From contig BDTJ01000044.1 in the NCBI GenBank assembly GCA_002897655.1, forward strand, positions 1,605-65,604: 64,000 bases of DNA. The letters are read 5' to 3'. The notes under the pieces are model-generated. The model saw only the letters and a list, made by a program, of their open reading frames with translations. It was not told the origin of the DNA and did not search any database. Source of the DNA: an archaeon BMS3Abin17. GTDB lineage: Archaea > Nanobdellota > Nanobdellia > Pacearchaeales > GW2011-AR1. Every line of letters starts with the position of its first letter. Positions within the stretch are counted from its first letter, which is position 1. Made by a program: the position numbers and the translations under genes. Positions 49,062 through 57,951 of the stretch are shown here, in pieces.

Positions 49062-52000
49062 TTAAACCTTCAAAGTAATTATCTTTGAGACTCCGTCATG
49101 CATGCTTACACCATAAAGATTTGAGGCATTTGTAATCACTTCGTCATTGTGGGTTATTACTATATACTGGCCTTTTTGCATGTATTTTCTGAGAAGGCCT
49201 GCAAGTCTCTCAGAATTTCTTTTATCCAATGCTGCATCAATCTCATCAAGTATGTAAAAACAATACGGGCTGTATTCCTGAATTGCAAAGATAAGGGATA
49301 ATGCCACAATAGTCTGTTCTCCTCCTGAAAGAGAGGTAACATCAAAGTATTTTCCATGCCCTGTCTTGACAATTATATTCACCCCCCCTTCAAAAGGGTC
49401 TTTTCTATTTTCCAATTCTAATGAAACCCGCCCCTTTGTGCTTAATTGAGAGAAATTCCTTGAGAAGGTCTCATTTAATGAATCAAGGGTTTTAAAGAAA
49501 GTCTTTTTCTTTTTAATATCAATCTCATGAATAATCTTCATGATTCCTTCTTTTTCCTTGTTGATTATCTCTACTTTTTCTTTTATCAAGTCATATTCTT
49601 TTTTTATTGAATCATAGACTTCTAATGAACGCAGATTAACGGTTCCAATTTTTGATAATATTTCTTGTGTTCTTTCCAGCTTATGAATAAGAGACTCTTT
49701 TGTTGCTTTTATTATCTCAACATTTGGATATCCCAGCATATCTGTCTCTAAATTCTCAATTGCTGCATCAATCTTTGCTTTTTCTATTTTTAATAAATTA
49801 GTATCCTGCTCAAAATTATGAATTGAATTTTGCCTGGTCAAAATAAAAGACTCAAAATCCCTTATTTTCTTCTGCAGGCCTTCTCTTTCAGAGATTAGTT
49901 TTTGGAATTTTCTGGTAAGGGCCTCTTCCTTGCCTTTTTTATCTTCTAAAAAACTCTCTTTTTCTTCAATACTCTCCTTTAGGTCAGAAACATCCTCTTT
50001 GATATCTTCTTCATCACTAGTTAATTGTTTTAAAGCTGCTTTTGAACGGTCTAATTCTCTTTTCTTAAATGAAGTCTCTGAATCCAAGGTCTCTTTGCTT
50101 CTCATAGATATCTCCTGAATCTCTATTCTTGCAGTCTCATATTTTTGCTCCAGATTAGAATTCCTGTCAGATTTGCTTTCAAGAGATTTTCTTCTTTTTT
50201 CTAATTCAATCATCTCTTTCTTAGAGTCCTCAATTTTTTCATGCAACATTTTTATCTGCTCTTTTTTATCATTGATTCCGAATATTTTAATCTGGTCAGA
50301 CTTTCTACTAGATATCTCTGAATCTATTTCATCTATCTTTTTGTTTAAGATTGCTTTGCTATTGCCTATTTGCTTAAACTCTTTTTCTGATTCTTCTATT
50401 TGCTTTTTAAGATGGTTTATCCTTGGATTAACTTCTTTATGAATTGAAGAAATATGGTCTTTAGTTATCTTGCTTTTGCACAATGGACAAATGTCCATTT
50501 TTGAGATATTTTCCCTAATTTTATTTTGCTTGTCTATTTCATAGCTATTTGTGTAAGATATTTTTTCAAGCTCTTTTTCTCTTTTTTCCAAGTTTTCAAT
50601 CTTTTGTTTATTATTAGATAAGGAAACTTTAAGAGAGTCTAATTTGCCTGAATCTGTGTTTTTGTCAAATAATTCCCTTGTAAGAACCTCTATTTGCTTG
50701 ATTAAATAATCAGACTCTGTTTTATAACTCTGCAAAAGAGAGTTTTTGTCCTCCATTCTCTCTTTAATTGATTTTAATTCTGACTTAGTCATATAAAACT
50801 CTTTTCTTTGCTTTTCCAGATTATCAAGCTCTTGTTTTTTCTCTTCTATGTCTTTTTGCTTTTTTGAAGCAGATGATTTAGAACTCTGCAGTTCTTTTAT
50901 TTCTGATTCTAAATCCCTTATTTTTTGAGCCAGATCTATTCTTTGATTTTCAACTTCAGAGAGCTTTCTTTCAGAATTATCCAACCTTACATTTAAACCA
51001 GCTAATTCTGCTCTTAAATTAGCTATTTCCTGGTTCAATTTTTCCTGCTCTATTCCAGTAGATTTTTGAATATTTTGGTTTATTGAACTTATTTTTGATT
51101 CAAAGCTTTCAATAGTAACCCTTGTATTTGTTATTATTTTTTTTATCTTATTTATCTCATTATCTTTTTCCAGAATTCGCTTGTCCATCTTTTCTCTTTC
51201 TCTTTTTCTATTTGTTAAATCAGAATGAATTATGCTTGCTCTGTATCTTTTGGCATCTTTTTCAAGTTTCTTAAATCTCAAGGCCTCCTGCCTTTCTCTT
51301 TCAAGATTATTCAAATATGCTGTTCTCTCCCTTAGTATTGATGAAACTTCTTTTAATTTATCCCCTGTTCTTTCTAATTCTTTCAGAGACTTTTGCTTTC
51401 TTACCTCATATATTGAGATTCCAGAAACCTCTTCTATTATTTTTCTTCTCTCTTCTGTATGCATTCTTACAAAATTCTGAATCTCTCCCTGCAAGATAAT
51501 ATTAAATCCATTAGGGTCTATTCCTGCCTGTGCCAATAAGGTCAACACCTCTTGTCTTGTCTTTGTCTCATTATTTATCCTGTAGATACTCTGCCCGTTT
51601 TTTCTTACAATCCTCTTTATTGAAATCTCATTATTATCTATAGAAAAAATCTTATCAGAGTTATCAAAAACAATCTCAACTGATGCTTCTTTTGCAGGAG
51701 ACAATGCCTTTGTTCCCAGAAATATCAGGTTTTTTGCTTTTGCTGCCCTCATTGACTTGATTGAGAGTCTTCCCAATACAAAACACAAAGCATCTGTTAT
51801 GTTTGAATTATGGACAAAGATATTATTAGCCAAAAAGTTGTGATGTTCATCTACACATAAATCATAAACCCACCCTTCTCCATTTATCTCGCTTATATCT
51901 GTTATTTCGTCCCAGAAAATATCAGAATACGCCAAAAAATTTAATTTTTTTATTAATTCAGAGTTTCCTTTAAACAATTGTTTTGACAATAACTGAAGAC

Positions 52001-53516
52001 CATTTCTTGAAGGAAAGCATTGATTATAACAGTATGCCTCAAGGAGGGGAAATTGCATCTTTGTATGTTTTACATTAATCTTTAATTCCTTAGTTATGTC
52101 TTTAACTAAGTTGTTGATTCCTATTAAATCTGTATTCGGATTGCTCTTCTTTTTTAAGTAATCTTTTATCCTCTGTCTTTTAACTTGGTGAATTAATTGA
52201 ATACTGTCGTCAAATATTCTGAAGTTATCAACCCCAGTAATTATGATTGTTTTGTATTTTCCTGTGAATCCTGATGATTTTATTCCCTTAATTTGGTCTC
52301 TTGTTGAAAACAGAATTCCTAATCTTAGCAGGCAAGTCTCTATGCCTTGTGCTAATGGTGCGCTTTTAGTTGTAATTTCTATGGAACTTTTAGAAACATA
52401 TCCATCCCCGCAGTAAAGTCCGTTAAGTAATTCCGATACCTCCTTACCTGATGAATGTTTTAATAAGATATTTGATATTTTTTTCCCTGAAGTATTAGAT
52501 GCCATCCCAAGTTTTGACAATATCTTTTTTAGTGGTTCAGAATAAATTATTACATCCCAGCAATTAGGCTTGTATTCCCTGACTAAAGGTTTCTTGTTAA
52601 ATAACTTTTCAACCAGAGTTATATAATCATCCACAATATTTTTATCCCCATTAGTAAACCATATCTGACTTGATTCAGCCAGCCTGCCTTCAGCTAAAAG
52701 ATAACCAAAAAACCTTGAAAATTCCGGAGAATTTGTAAAATTAAAACTTGTTTTTTTCCCATTAGAAATCAACTCATTAATCAAATTGGTTATCTCTAAA
52801 TCTGATAAATTCGCGTATCTGAGTATTCTAATCAAATAACAAAAATTAATTGATTGCTTATCCAATAATCCCTTAATCACATAATAAGAGATGCCTATTT
52901 TCTCTGCTAATTGCTTCCAGATTAGATTATCTTTTATTGACCTCAAAATTAAAGAATATTCCTCTTTATAGGGCACATAAATCCCATCATTTTCACTAAT
53001 CAAACTTAAAAGTTCTGTAAAGGTTTTATCTTTGGTCTCAAAATTTAATGCCCTCGGGACAGCAATCCTAACTCCCTGCTTTAATTCGTCAGCTCTTGCT
53101 TCTACAATCTGATTGTTTTTTAATATGAATAAAGGGTGATATTTTGTTGTTTTTACTGCTCTTCCAGACCTGGTTTTTATTGAAAGAATCTTCTCAGGGG
53201 ATGTTCTTTTAACAAATGATTTTACCTTTGTTCTTTCTGTTTTAAGGGTCTTTAAATTCAGGCTAATGACTTCTAAACCATCCCCTGGGATTAAAAAACC
53301 ATCTTCTGTTTTTACTGCTTTGTTCAATCTGGAATTAATTATATTGTCTATTCTCTCACTAGTGCCATCTCCAAGAGTTACAATAGAATCTCCGGTCAGG
53401 CATTTCCCACTTCCATTAGGGCCAAGAACTACATTTATCCCCTGATTAAAAGGTATTTCTGTCTTTCTGATAAAGCTTTTAAATCCGTGCATCACCAGTT
53501 TTTTGATATATGGCAT
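49062..53516 (-). CDS. smc: SMC-family ATPase with intein; mature protein about 952 aa
   Basis: HGFKSF, Walker A GPNGSGK/SN split by the intein, ILQGE Q-loop, LSGGE, LDEIDAALD, ITHN; long coiled coils. Confidence 0.9.
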   Translation of the reverse strand: MPYIKKLVMHGFKSFIRKTEIPFNQGINVVLGPNGSGKCLTGDSIVTLGDGTSERIDNIINSRLNKAVKTEDGFLIPGDGLEVISLNLKTLKTERTKVKSFVKRTSPEKILSIKTRSGRAVKTTKYHPLFILKNNQIVEARADELKQGVRIAVPRALNFETKDKTFTELLSLISENDGIYVPYKEEYSLILRSIKDNLIWKQLAEKIGISYYVIKGLLDKQSINFCYLIRILRYANLSDLEITNLINELISNGKKTSFNFTNSPEFSRFFGYLLAEGRLAESSQIWFTNGDKNIVDDYITLVEKLFNKKPLVREYKPNCWDVIIYSEPLKKILSKLGMASNTSGKKISNILLKHSSGKEVSELLNGLYCGDGYVSKSSIEITTKSAPLAQGIETCLLRLGILFSTRDQIKGIKSSGFTGKYKTIIITGVDNFRIFDDSIQLIHQVKRQRIKDYLKKKSNPNTDLIGINNLVKDITKELKINVKHTKMQFPLLEAYCYNQCFPSRNGLQLLSKQLFKGNSELIKKLNFLAYSDIFWDEITDISEINGEGWVYDLCVDEHHNFLANNIFVHNSNITDALCFVLGRLSIKSMRAAKAKNLIFLGTKALSPAKEASVEIVFDNSDKIFSIDNNEISIKRIVRKNGQSIYRINNETKTRQEVLTLLAQAGIDPNGFNIILQGEIQNFVRMHTEERRKIIEEVSGISIYEVRKQKSLKELERTGDKLKEVSSILRERTAYLNNLERERQEALRFKKLEKDAKRYRASIIHSDLTNRKREREKMDKRILEKDNEINKIKKIITNTRVTIESFESKISSINQNIQKSTGIEQEKLNQEIANLRAELAGLNVRLDNSERKLSEVENQRIDLAQKIRDLESEIKELQSSKSSASKKQKDIEEKKQELDNLEKQRKEFYMTKSELKSIKERMEDKNSLLQSYKTESDYLIKQIEVLTRELFDKNTDSGKLDSLKVSLSNNKQKIENLEKREKELEKISYTNSYEIDKQNKIRENISKMDICPLCKSKITKDHISSIHKEVNPRINHLKKQIEESEKEFKQIGNSKAILNKKIDEIDSEISSRKSDQIKIFGINDKKEQIKMLHEKIEDSKKEMIELEKRRKSLESKSDRNSNLEQKYETARIEIQEISMRSKETLDSETSFKKRELDRSKAALKQLTSDEEDIKEDVSDLKESIEEKESFLEDKKGKEEALTRKFQKLISEREGLQKKIRDFESFILTRQNSIHNFEQDTNLLKIEKAKIDAAIENLETDMLGYPNVEIIKATKESLIHKLERTQEILSKIGTVNLRSLEVYDSIKKEYDLIKEKVEIINKEKEGIMKIIHEIDIKKKKTFFKTLDSLNETFSRNFSQLSTKGRVSLELENRKDPFEGGVNIIVKTGHGKYFDVTSLSGGEQTIVALSLIFAIQEYSPYCFYILDEIDAALDKRNSERLAGLLRKYMQKGQYIVITHNDEVITNASNLYGVSMHDGVSKIITLKV
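51807..53402 (-). mobile_element. 532-aa intein with LAGLIDADG endonuclease in the SMC Walker A
   Basis: Starts CLTGDS; block B TTKYHP; FFGYLLAEG and LLNGLYCGDG; block F VYDLCV; ends IFVHN followed by Ser. Confidence 0.95.
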
Positions 53517-53544
53517 TTTTCTCCTTATATTATAAAAATGACAT

Positions 53545-53618
53545 GCTTAAAAATCTCAGAAATTGAAAATTTCTTGGACTGTCAAAAATTTGTTTTTGAA
53601 GTCTTTGATTTTTATTGT
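53545..53618 (-). repeat. Structured leader element, copy B (upstream of smc)
   Basis: Aligns with 19383-19454; same (sense) orientation relative to its gene. Confidence 0.7.
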
Positions 53619-53665
53619 ATGGCATGAGTAGAAAACGATGAATGTGTTTTTAAAAGTTGTTGGTG

Positions 53666-54411
53666 TTAAAACTTCAACTTCCTCTGCTCTAATTTCTCAA
53701 ATGCCCTCTTCCATGTGCTCCAGGTCCTCCTGAATATTCCCTCTTTTTGATGTTTATGCGCATATTTCTCAAGGAACTTAATTGTGGCTGGGTCAGAAGT
53801 ATATCCAGATCCAATCTCATCCCCATATCTTTCTTTAATCTTGTCCATTTCTCTTTCTCTAACACTTTTTGCCAAAATTGATGCAGCAGAAACAGCAAGG
53901 TGATTTTTATCTGCCTTGTGTTCACAGGAAATTTCTAAATTTGAAAGATTCTTTATTTTTGTCTTTAAGAAATCCTGCCACTTTGAAATTGTTGGGGAAG
54001 GGCAATCAACAATTACCTTTACTTTTTTATACCCTTTATTGATTTTGTTTATTATCTTGGCACACATAATTGCTTCTAACTCATTTAGTTTTGTGCCATT
54101 AACACTTGTGCTATCTATTTCATTTGGATATACTTTTATTATCTCAAAGGTTTCTGCTTTTTCTTTGATTATTTTTTCCAAGAATTCTCTTCTTTTCTGA
54201 GTTAATTGCTTACTGTCCCTTACACCAAGTCTTTTGAATTCTTTTTCAACTTTTTCATCAATCAAACACCCTGCCAAAACCATTGGGCCAATGACTGGAC
54301 CTTAAGGCGAACAATAATATAATAAAAATTATACTACAATTCTCTACCTGCGTCGTCAATGCCCAAGATTAAATTGCAAGAATGCTCTTTTTTACTGGCA
54401 ATTTTATCCAT
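53666..54411 (-). CDS. rnhB: Ribonuclease HII, two exons (54411-54344 and 54302-53666), 234 aa when spliced
   Basis: Exon 1 MDKIASKKEHSCNLILGIDDAGR joins GPVIGPMVLAG; RDSKQL, HKAD, VSAASILAK and GSGY..DP motifs. Confidence 0.9.
54303..54343 (-). other. 41-nt bulge-helix-bulge (BHB) intron in rnhB pre-mRNA
   Basis: Central helix AGGU/GCCU, 3-nt bulges AG^A and UA^A, internal hairpin UAGUAUAAU-UUUU-AUUAUAUUA; canonical cuts restore AGA GGT CCA; unspliced frame hits TAG. Confidence 0.85.
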
Positions 54412-55403
54412 TTTCCATCTTTTTTATTCCTCCTTATTAAATTTAGTTTCTCAAGTTCTTTGAGCCTTCTAAATGAAGCCTTCCAACAAACATTAAATTT
54501 CTTTGCAAGCTCTGCAGTCTGTTTAGGTCTATCTAAGAAAAGTAGATATCCCTTTTTAAGCTTTGATATAATAATGAGATTCTTATCATTTGTCCAATAA
54601 TCAATGCTTCCCACTCTAAAATTATGTACTCTCCTTTGTTTTTTTAATAAAACCAGTACATCCTGTGTCCTTGCAAATGATCTTTTAAATTTATTTGATA
54701 AATCTCGCGTTGTTAAGGGTTTTTCTAAAATAGTATAAATTTTCTTAATTAAATAATGTTTTTCATAATGTTCTTGTTTAAAATCATTATAAACTCTCCA
54801 AAATTTCTCTTTTTTTAAGGGATGTAAGTCTGCTAATTTTAATTTTGCAAAAACATCCCAATTAAATTTCTTAGTAATTACATAATTTCTATTTCCTGTC
54901 TCAAATGAAAAACTTATATTTAAAGAATTCAATAAATCATCTATAAACTTTTTTCTTTCTTTCTGAGATACTCTTAGAACACGGACACTTTTTCTGCCAA
55001 CATGTACATTACCTTCTCCAGCAAAAAATCCTTTTAATATATTTGGGAAGAATTCTTTCTTATCCAAAAAAAATTTTACAATCTTCTTCCACTCCTTAAC
55101 CATCTCAACTGAAGCAAATCTAAGAATAAAGAAAGGTTTTATTGCCTTTTTATGAACATAATACTTTACTACACAGTTTTTATAATGTATTTTAACCTTT
55201 TTTTTGTCTTTAGAGTAAACATATATTCTAGGATTATAATTATGTTTGTAAAATATCTTATTAATTGTTCTATAAAATAAATTTACTAAATCCCAACAAT
55301 TATTTGTGAATGTAATCTCTGATTTAGTTTTGTTATCTCCTTCTGCTAACCATAAACCAACACATTTTGCGATATTTTCATTTGGGGCTAATAACCTGTC
55401 CAT
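54369..55403 (-). CDS. Free-standing LAGLIDADG endonuclease-like protein with C-terminal HTH domains
   Basis: CVGLWLAEG and ILKGFFAGEG motifs, no intein splicing residues; LTTRDLS and QTAELAKKF HTH-like segments. Confidence 0.8.
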   Translation of the reverse strand: MDRLLAPNENIAKCVGLWLAEGDNKTKSEITFTNNCWDLVNLFYRTINKIFYKHNYNPRIYVYSKDKKKVKIHYKNCVVKYYVHKKAIKPFFILRFASVEMVKEWKKIVKFFLDKKEFFPNILKGFFAGEGNVHVGRKSVRVLRVSQKERKKFIDDLLNSLNISFSFETGNRNYVITKKFNWDVFAKLKLADLHPLKKEKFWRVYNDFKQEHYEKHYLIKKIYTILEKPLTTRDLSNKFKRSFARTQDVLVLLKKQRRVHNFRVGSIDYWTNDKNLIIISKLKKGYLLFLDRPKQTAELAKKFNVCWKASFRRLKELEKLNLIRRNKKDGKWIKLPVKKSILAI

Positions 55404-55540
55404 AGCAAGATTTACAATCTCTCTTTCTTTTTAAAGTGTTGCATTACTTTTATAGTTATAATCTGGTTCACATAATTTTTTAATCAGTTAAATTTAAAAG
55501 CCTTCCACATCTTTCAATTAAAGTACTCCGAATATAACAT

Positions 55541-55652
55541 AGCAGGGTGGAGCAGATTTGCGTAAATTCTAACCGATTTTGCAAAGCTCAATCTGGAGTG
55601 CTCGTCGGGCCCATAACCCGGAGGTCGTGTGGTTCAAATCCCACCCCTGCTA
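55541..55652 (+). tRNA. Initiator tRNA-Met(CAU) with a 36-nt D-loop intron (55556-55591)
   Basis: A1-U72 acceptor AGCAGGG/CCCTGCT, GGG/CCC anticodon stem, loop CCCATAA; intron with GAGC/GCTC helix and AG^A, AA^T bulges. Confidence 0.85.
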
Positions 55653-55726
55653 TTTTTAAGATGAAAATCAAAGATTTTCAATCATTTAAACACTCACGCG
55701 ATAATGTGTCACATTAACGTGTTTAA

Positions 55727-55909
55727 ATGAAATGCCCGCATTGTAATCAAGATTTATTCATACAAATAGCTACAAAAACTAATTGTAAAAATTGCAGAAT
55801 TCTTCCTAATATGACTTCAATAGTAACAGTCCAGTGCGATAAATGCAAGCATGTCTTTCAGATACCTATTCAGAGTAAGAGTATTCTTGGTGTAAAAGAA
55901 GATAAATAA
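55727..55909 (+). CDS. Small Cys-rich zinc-finger protein
   Basis: Three CxxC pairs in 60 aa. Confidence 0.6.
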   Translation: MKCPHCNQDLFIQIATKTNCKNCRILPNMTSIVTVQCDKCKHVFQIPIQSKSILGVKEDK

Positions 55910-55925
55910 AAAAATTAAACAAAAG

Positions 55926-56099
55926 TTATCTCTTCTTTTTCTTTTTTGGAAACAAATGGCTCAGTGCTCCAATAGCCATCGCTACTATTATGTAAGTCCA
56001 GTTATGCATCCACAAACCATATCCAAGAACAACAAATGCAACTAAATGAAATAATTGAGTCCATGGATTTCTATGCATATCCACTATTTTGTCAAACAT
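55926..56099 (-). CDS. 57-aa membrane protein (below ORF-track cutoff)
   Basis: MFDKIVDMHRNPWTQLFHLVAF..SHLFPKKKKKR; GGGGGTG SD-like site upstream. Confidence 0.6.
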   Translation of the reverse strand: MFDKIVDMHRNPWTQLFHLVAFVVLGYGLWMHNWTYIIVAMAIGALSHLFPKKKKKR

Positions 56100-56182
56100 T
56101 TTCCACCCCCTTTTGATAGGTATATCAACGAATTATTGTTTAAAAATCTAATTGAAAAAGCTTTAAGGTAAATTATTAGAAA

Positions 56183-56507
56183 TTAAATTTTTTCTCCATT
56201 AACAATATATCCATACCACTTGCTGAAAGATATCCCCTCCTATGACGAAGAACCTTCTGGCATTAATTCTTTTGGGAATATCATTGTACGCCTTAAAAAA
56301 TCTTCTATAGATAACCGATTAGCTTCACAATCATTCCAAGAAACTAACCTGACCAGCCATCTCCATTTTACACGGGCTATAGCCAGCTCTCAAAGCACAC
56401 TGGTTTCCTTCAGAATCCATAAAAAAAGTCCTTCTCATATATGAAAATCCATAAAAAGGACACTTAGTTCTTGTTTTTATATCTGATAGATTAAGTATAT
56501 CATTCAT
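56183..56507 (-). pseudogene. Cys-rich hypothetical gene, paralog A (frameshift + premature TAG)
   Basis: KCPFYGF..DSEGNQCAL..PCKMEM / WNDC..IFPKEL.P..*EG..WY; TAG at 56240-56242 aligns to Trp of paralog B. Confidence 0.65.
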
Positions 56508-56689
56508 AGATTATTTAAGATTGTTATGTTTAAAAAAATAATTGTGATTAGAAGATAAGCTTTAAAAACAATCAGATTATCATATTCATAAGTTGCTGAG
56601 CGCAATCATGTATTGCGGGAGGTTACTAACAAGTACTATAAAATGGCACGAATAGAAGATAGTAAAATTAAATTTGTAGGAGGATAAAA

Positions 56690-56875
56690 ATGAAAGGAAA
56701 AGTTAAATTTTTCAATAGAACAAAGGGATTCGGATTTATAGCTGGAGAAGATAGCAAAGAATATTTTGTTCATGAGTCTGGGATAAAGCAAGGACCTATA
56801 GACGAAAACGATGATGTTACTTTTGACGTTGAAGAAGGAGATAGAGGACCAAAAGCAGTTAATGTTAAAAAATAA
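56690..56875 (+). CDS. cspA: Cold-shock protein
   Basis: GKVKFFN..KGFGFI (RNP1), YFVH (RNP2), GPKAVNV. Confidence 0.93.
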   Translation: MKGKVKFFNRTKGFGFIAGEDSKEYFVHESGIKQGPIDENDDVTFDVEEGDRGPKAVNVKK

Positions 56876-57008
56876 GATTGAATCTTAATCCTGTTTTTAG
56901 ATGCTGAGATTCTTTTATAATCATTTATTTTTTATTAAATTGTTGGTTTCTGTAAAGATGATATAGTTCAGCCCAGAATCTTTTTAATTAATTTAATGTT
57001 ATAATCTA

Positions 57009-57206
57009 ATGGAAACAAGACAAGGAATTGATGTGAATCCAATTTGGAATTTGATGACTTGCCTTTTTTATGAATGTTGCGATAAAAAAGAAGAAAGAGA
57101 AAAAACTTTAATATTAGGAAAGTGTATGTATAACCCAAGTGTATTCAAATGTGAGGAATTTCAAAAAAGAAGTAAAGGGGTAGTTTATGACTTAGATTAT
57201 CTATAA
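57009..57206 (+). CDS. Hypothetical small Cys-containing protein
   Basis: 65-aa ORF. Confidence 0.4.
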   Translation: METRQGIDVNPIWNLMTCLFYECCDKKEEREKTLILGKCMYNPSVFKCEEFQKRSKGVVYDLDYL

Positions 57207-57215
57207 TGGTAATTC

Positions 57216-57638
57216 TTAGATATCTTCCTTATTTATAATATGATTATACCACCTTCTAAAAGGCACTCCTTCCCAATCTTGAGTTCCTTTAGGCCTTAGT
57301 TCATTTGGGAAAATAGAAGCTATTTCTAAAGCATCCCCAAAAACTGCATCAAAAAGTCCTTGTGTTTTACCGCACCTTAAAAGGTGCGGTTTGTTTGGAC
57401 TTTAGGATGTCCAAGGATTCATCCACACACTAAAGTGTGTGGTTTTCTCCAGGAATCCCTGGCATAATTAAATGAATGATTAAGATTACAATCTTCCCAG
57501 TTAATCTTTTGTTTATTCATTTCCATAATACAAGGATGTAACTATGAGTGCACACTGATTTCCCTGCGAATCTCTAAGACTTCCTTGATTAAAGGAAAAT
57601 CCATAAAAAGGGCATCTTGGTCTTGTTTTAAAAGTCAT
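57216..57638 (-). pseudogene. Cys-rich hypothetical gene, paralog B (frameshift + MITE insertion)
   Basis: RCPFYGF..DSQGNQCAL / PCIMEM..WEDC..FNY|AVFG..IFPNELRP..WEG..WY; removing the MITE rejoins AAT TAT GCA GTT in frame. Confidence 0.7.
57348..57467 (-). mobile_element. IS200/IS605-type MITE, copy 2 (includes TTAT target)
   Basis: Identical to copy 3 over 120 bp. Confidence 0.87.
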
Positions 57639-57749
57639 GTGAAGCAAAAAATGTTTAGGTTTAAATAAATAATTGTAACAAACAATAACCTTTAAAACTT
57701 CATAATTTATTCTATATTCATGCCTTATCATAGGCATGACCTTTTCAAG

Positions 57750-57951
57750 GCCTCGATCGCATAATGGTATTGCACGAGATTGCTAATGCCCAACTTTCCT
57801 TACCGGGAGAACGAAAGTTCTCAGGGCCCAAAGAACCATGGGTTCTTAGGGGGAAAGAAAGTTCGGCGCTCAAAGAACCACATCAGGCTCTGCGAGCATA
57901 GTAAACATCTCGATCCTTCGGGATGCGCAGGTTCGATTCCTGCTCGAGGCG
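57750..57951 (+). tRNA. tRNA-Ser(GCU) with a 121-nt intron at 37/38 (57786-57906)
   Basis: GCCTCGA/TCGAGGC acceptor stem, CGAGA/TCTCG anticodon stem, spliced loop TTGCTAA, long variable arm ATCC-TTCG-GGAT, BHB helix TTGC/GTAA. Confidence 0.88.

Noticed and set aside
53666-54411. rnhB as a simple pseudogene or programmed frameshift
   Set aside because: The 41-nt insert has a precise BHB geometry that restores the motif; both exons are otherwise intact and no slippery site explains it
54369-55403. Endonuclease encoded within an intron or intein
   Set aside because: No Cys/His-Asn splicing termini and no flanking exon pair or group I core seen; it lies outside both neighbouring introns
56240-56242. 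TAG recoded as Trp (alternative genetic code)
   Set aside because: The same gene also has a frameshift, and TAG ends normal genes here (e.g. rps7, trxA)
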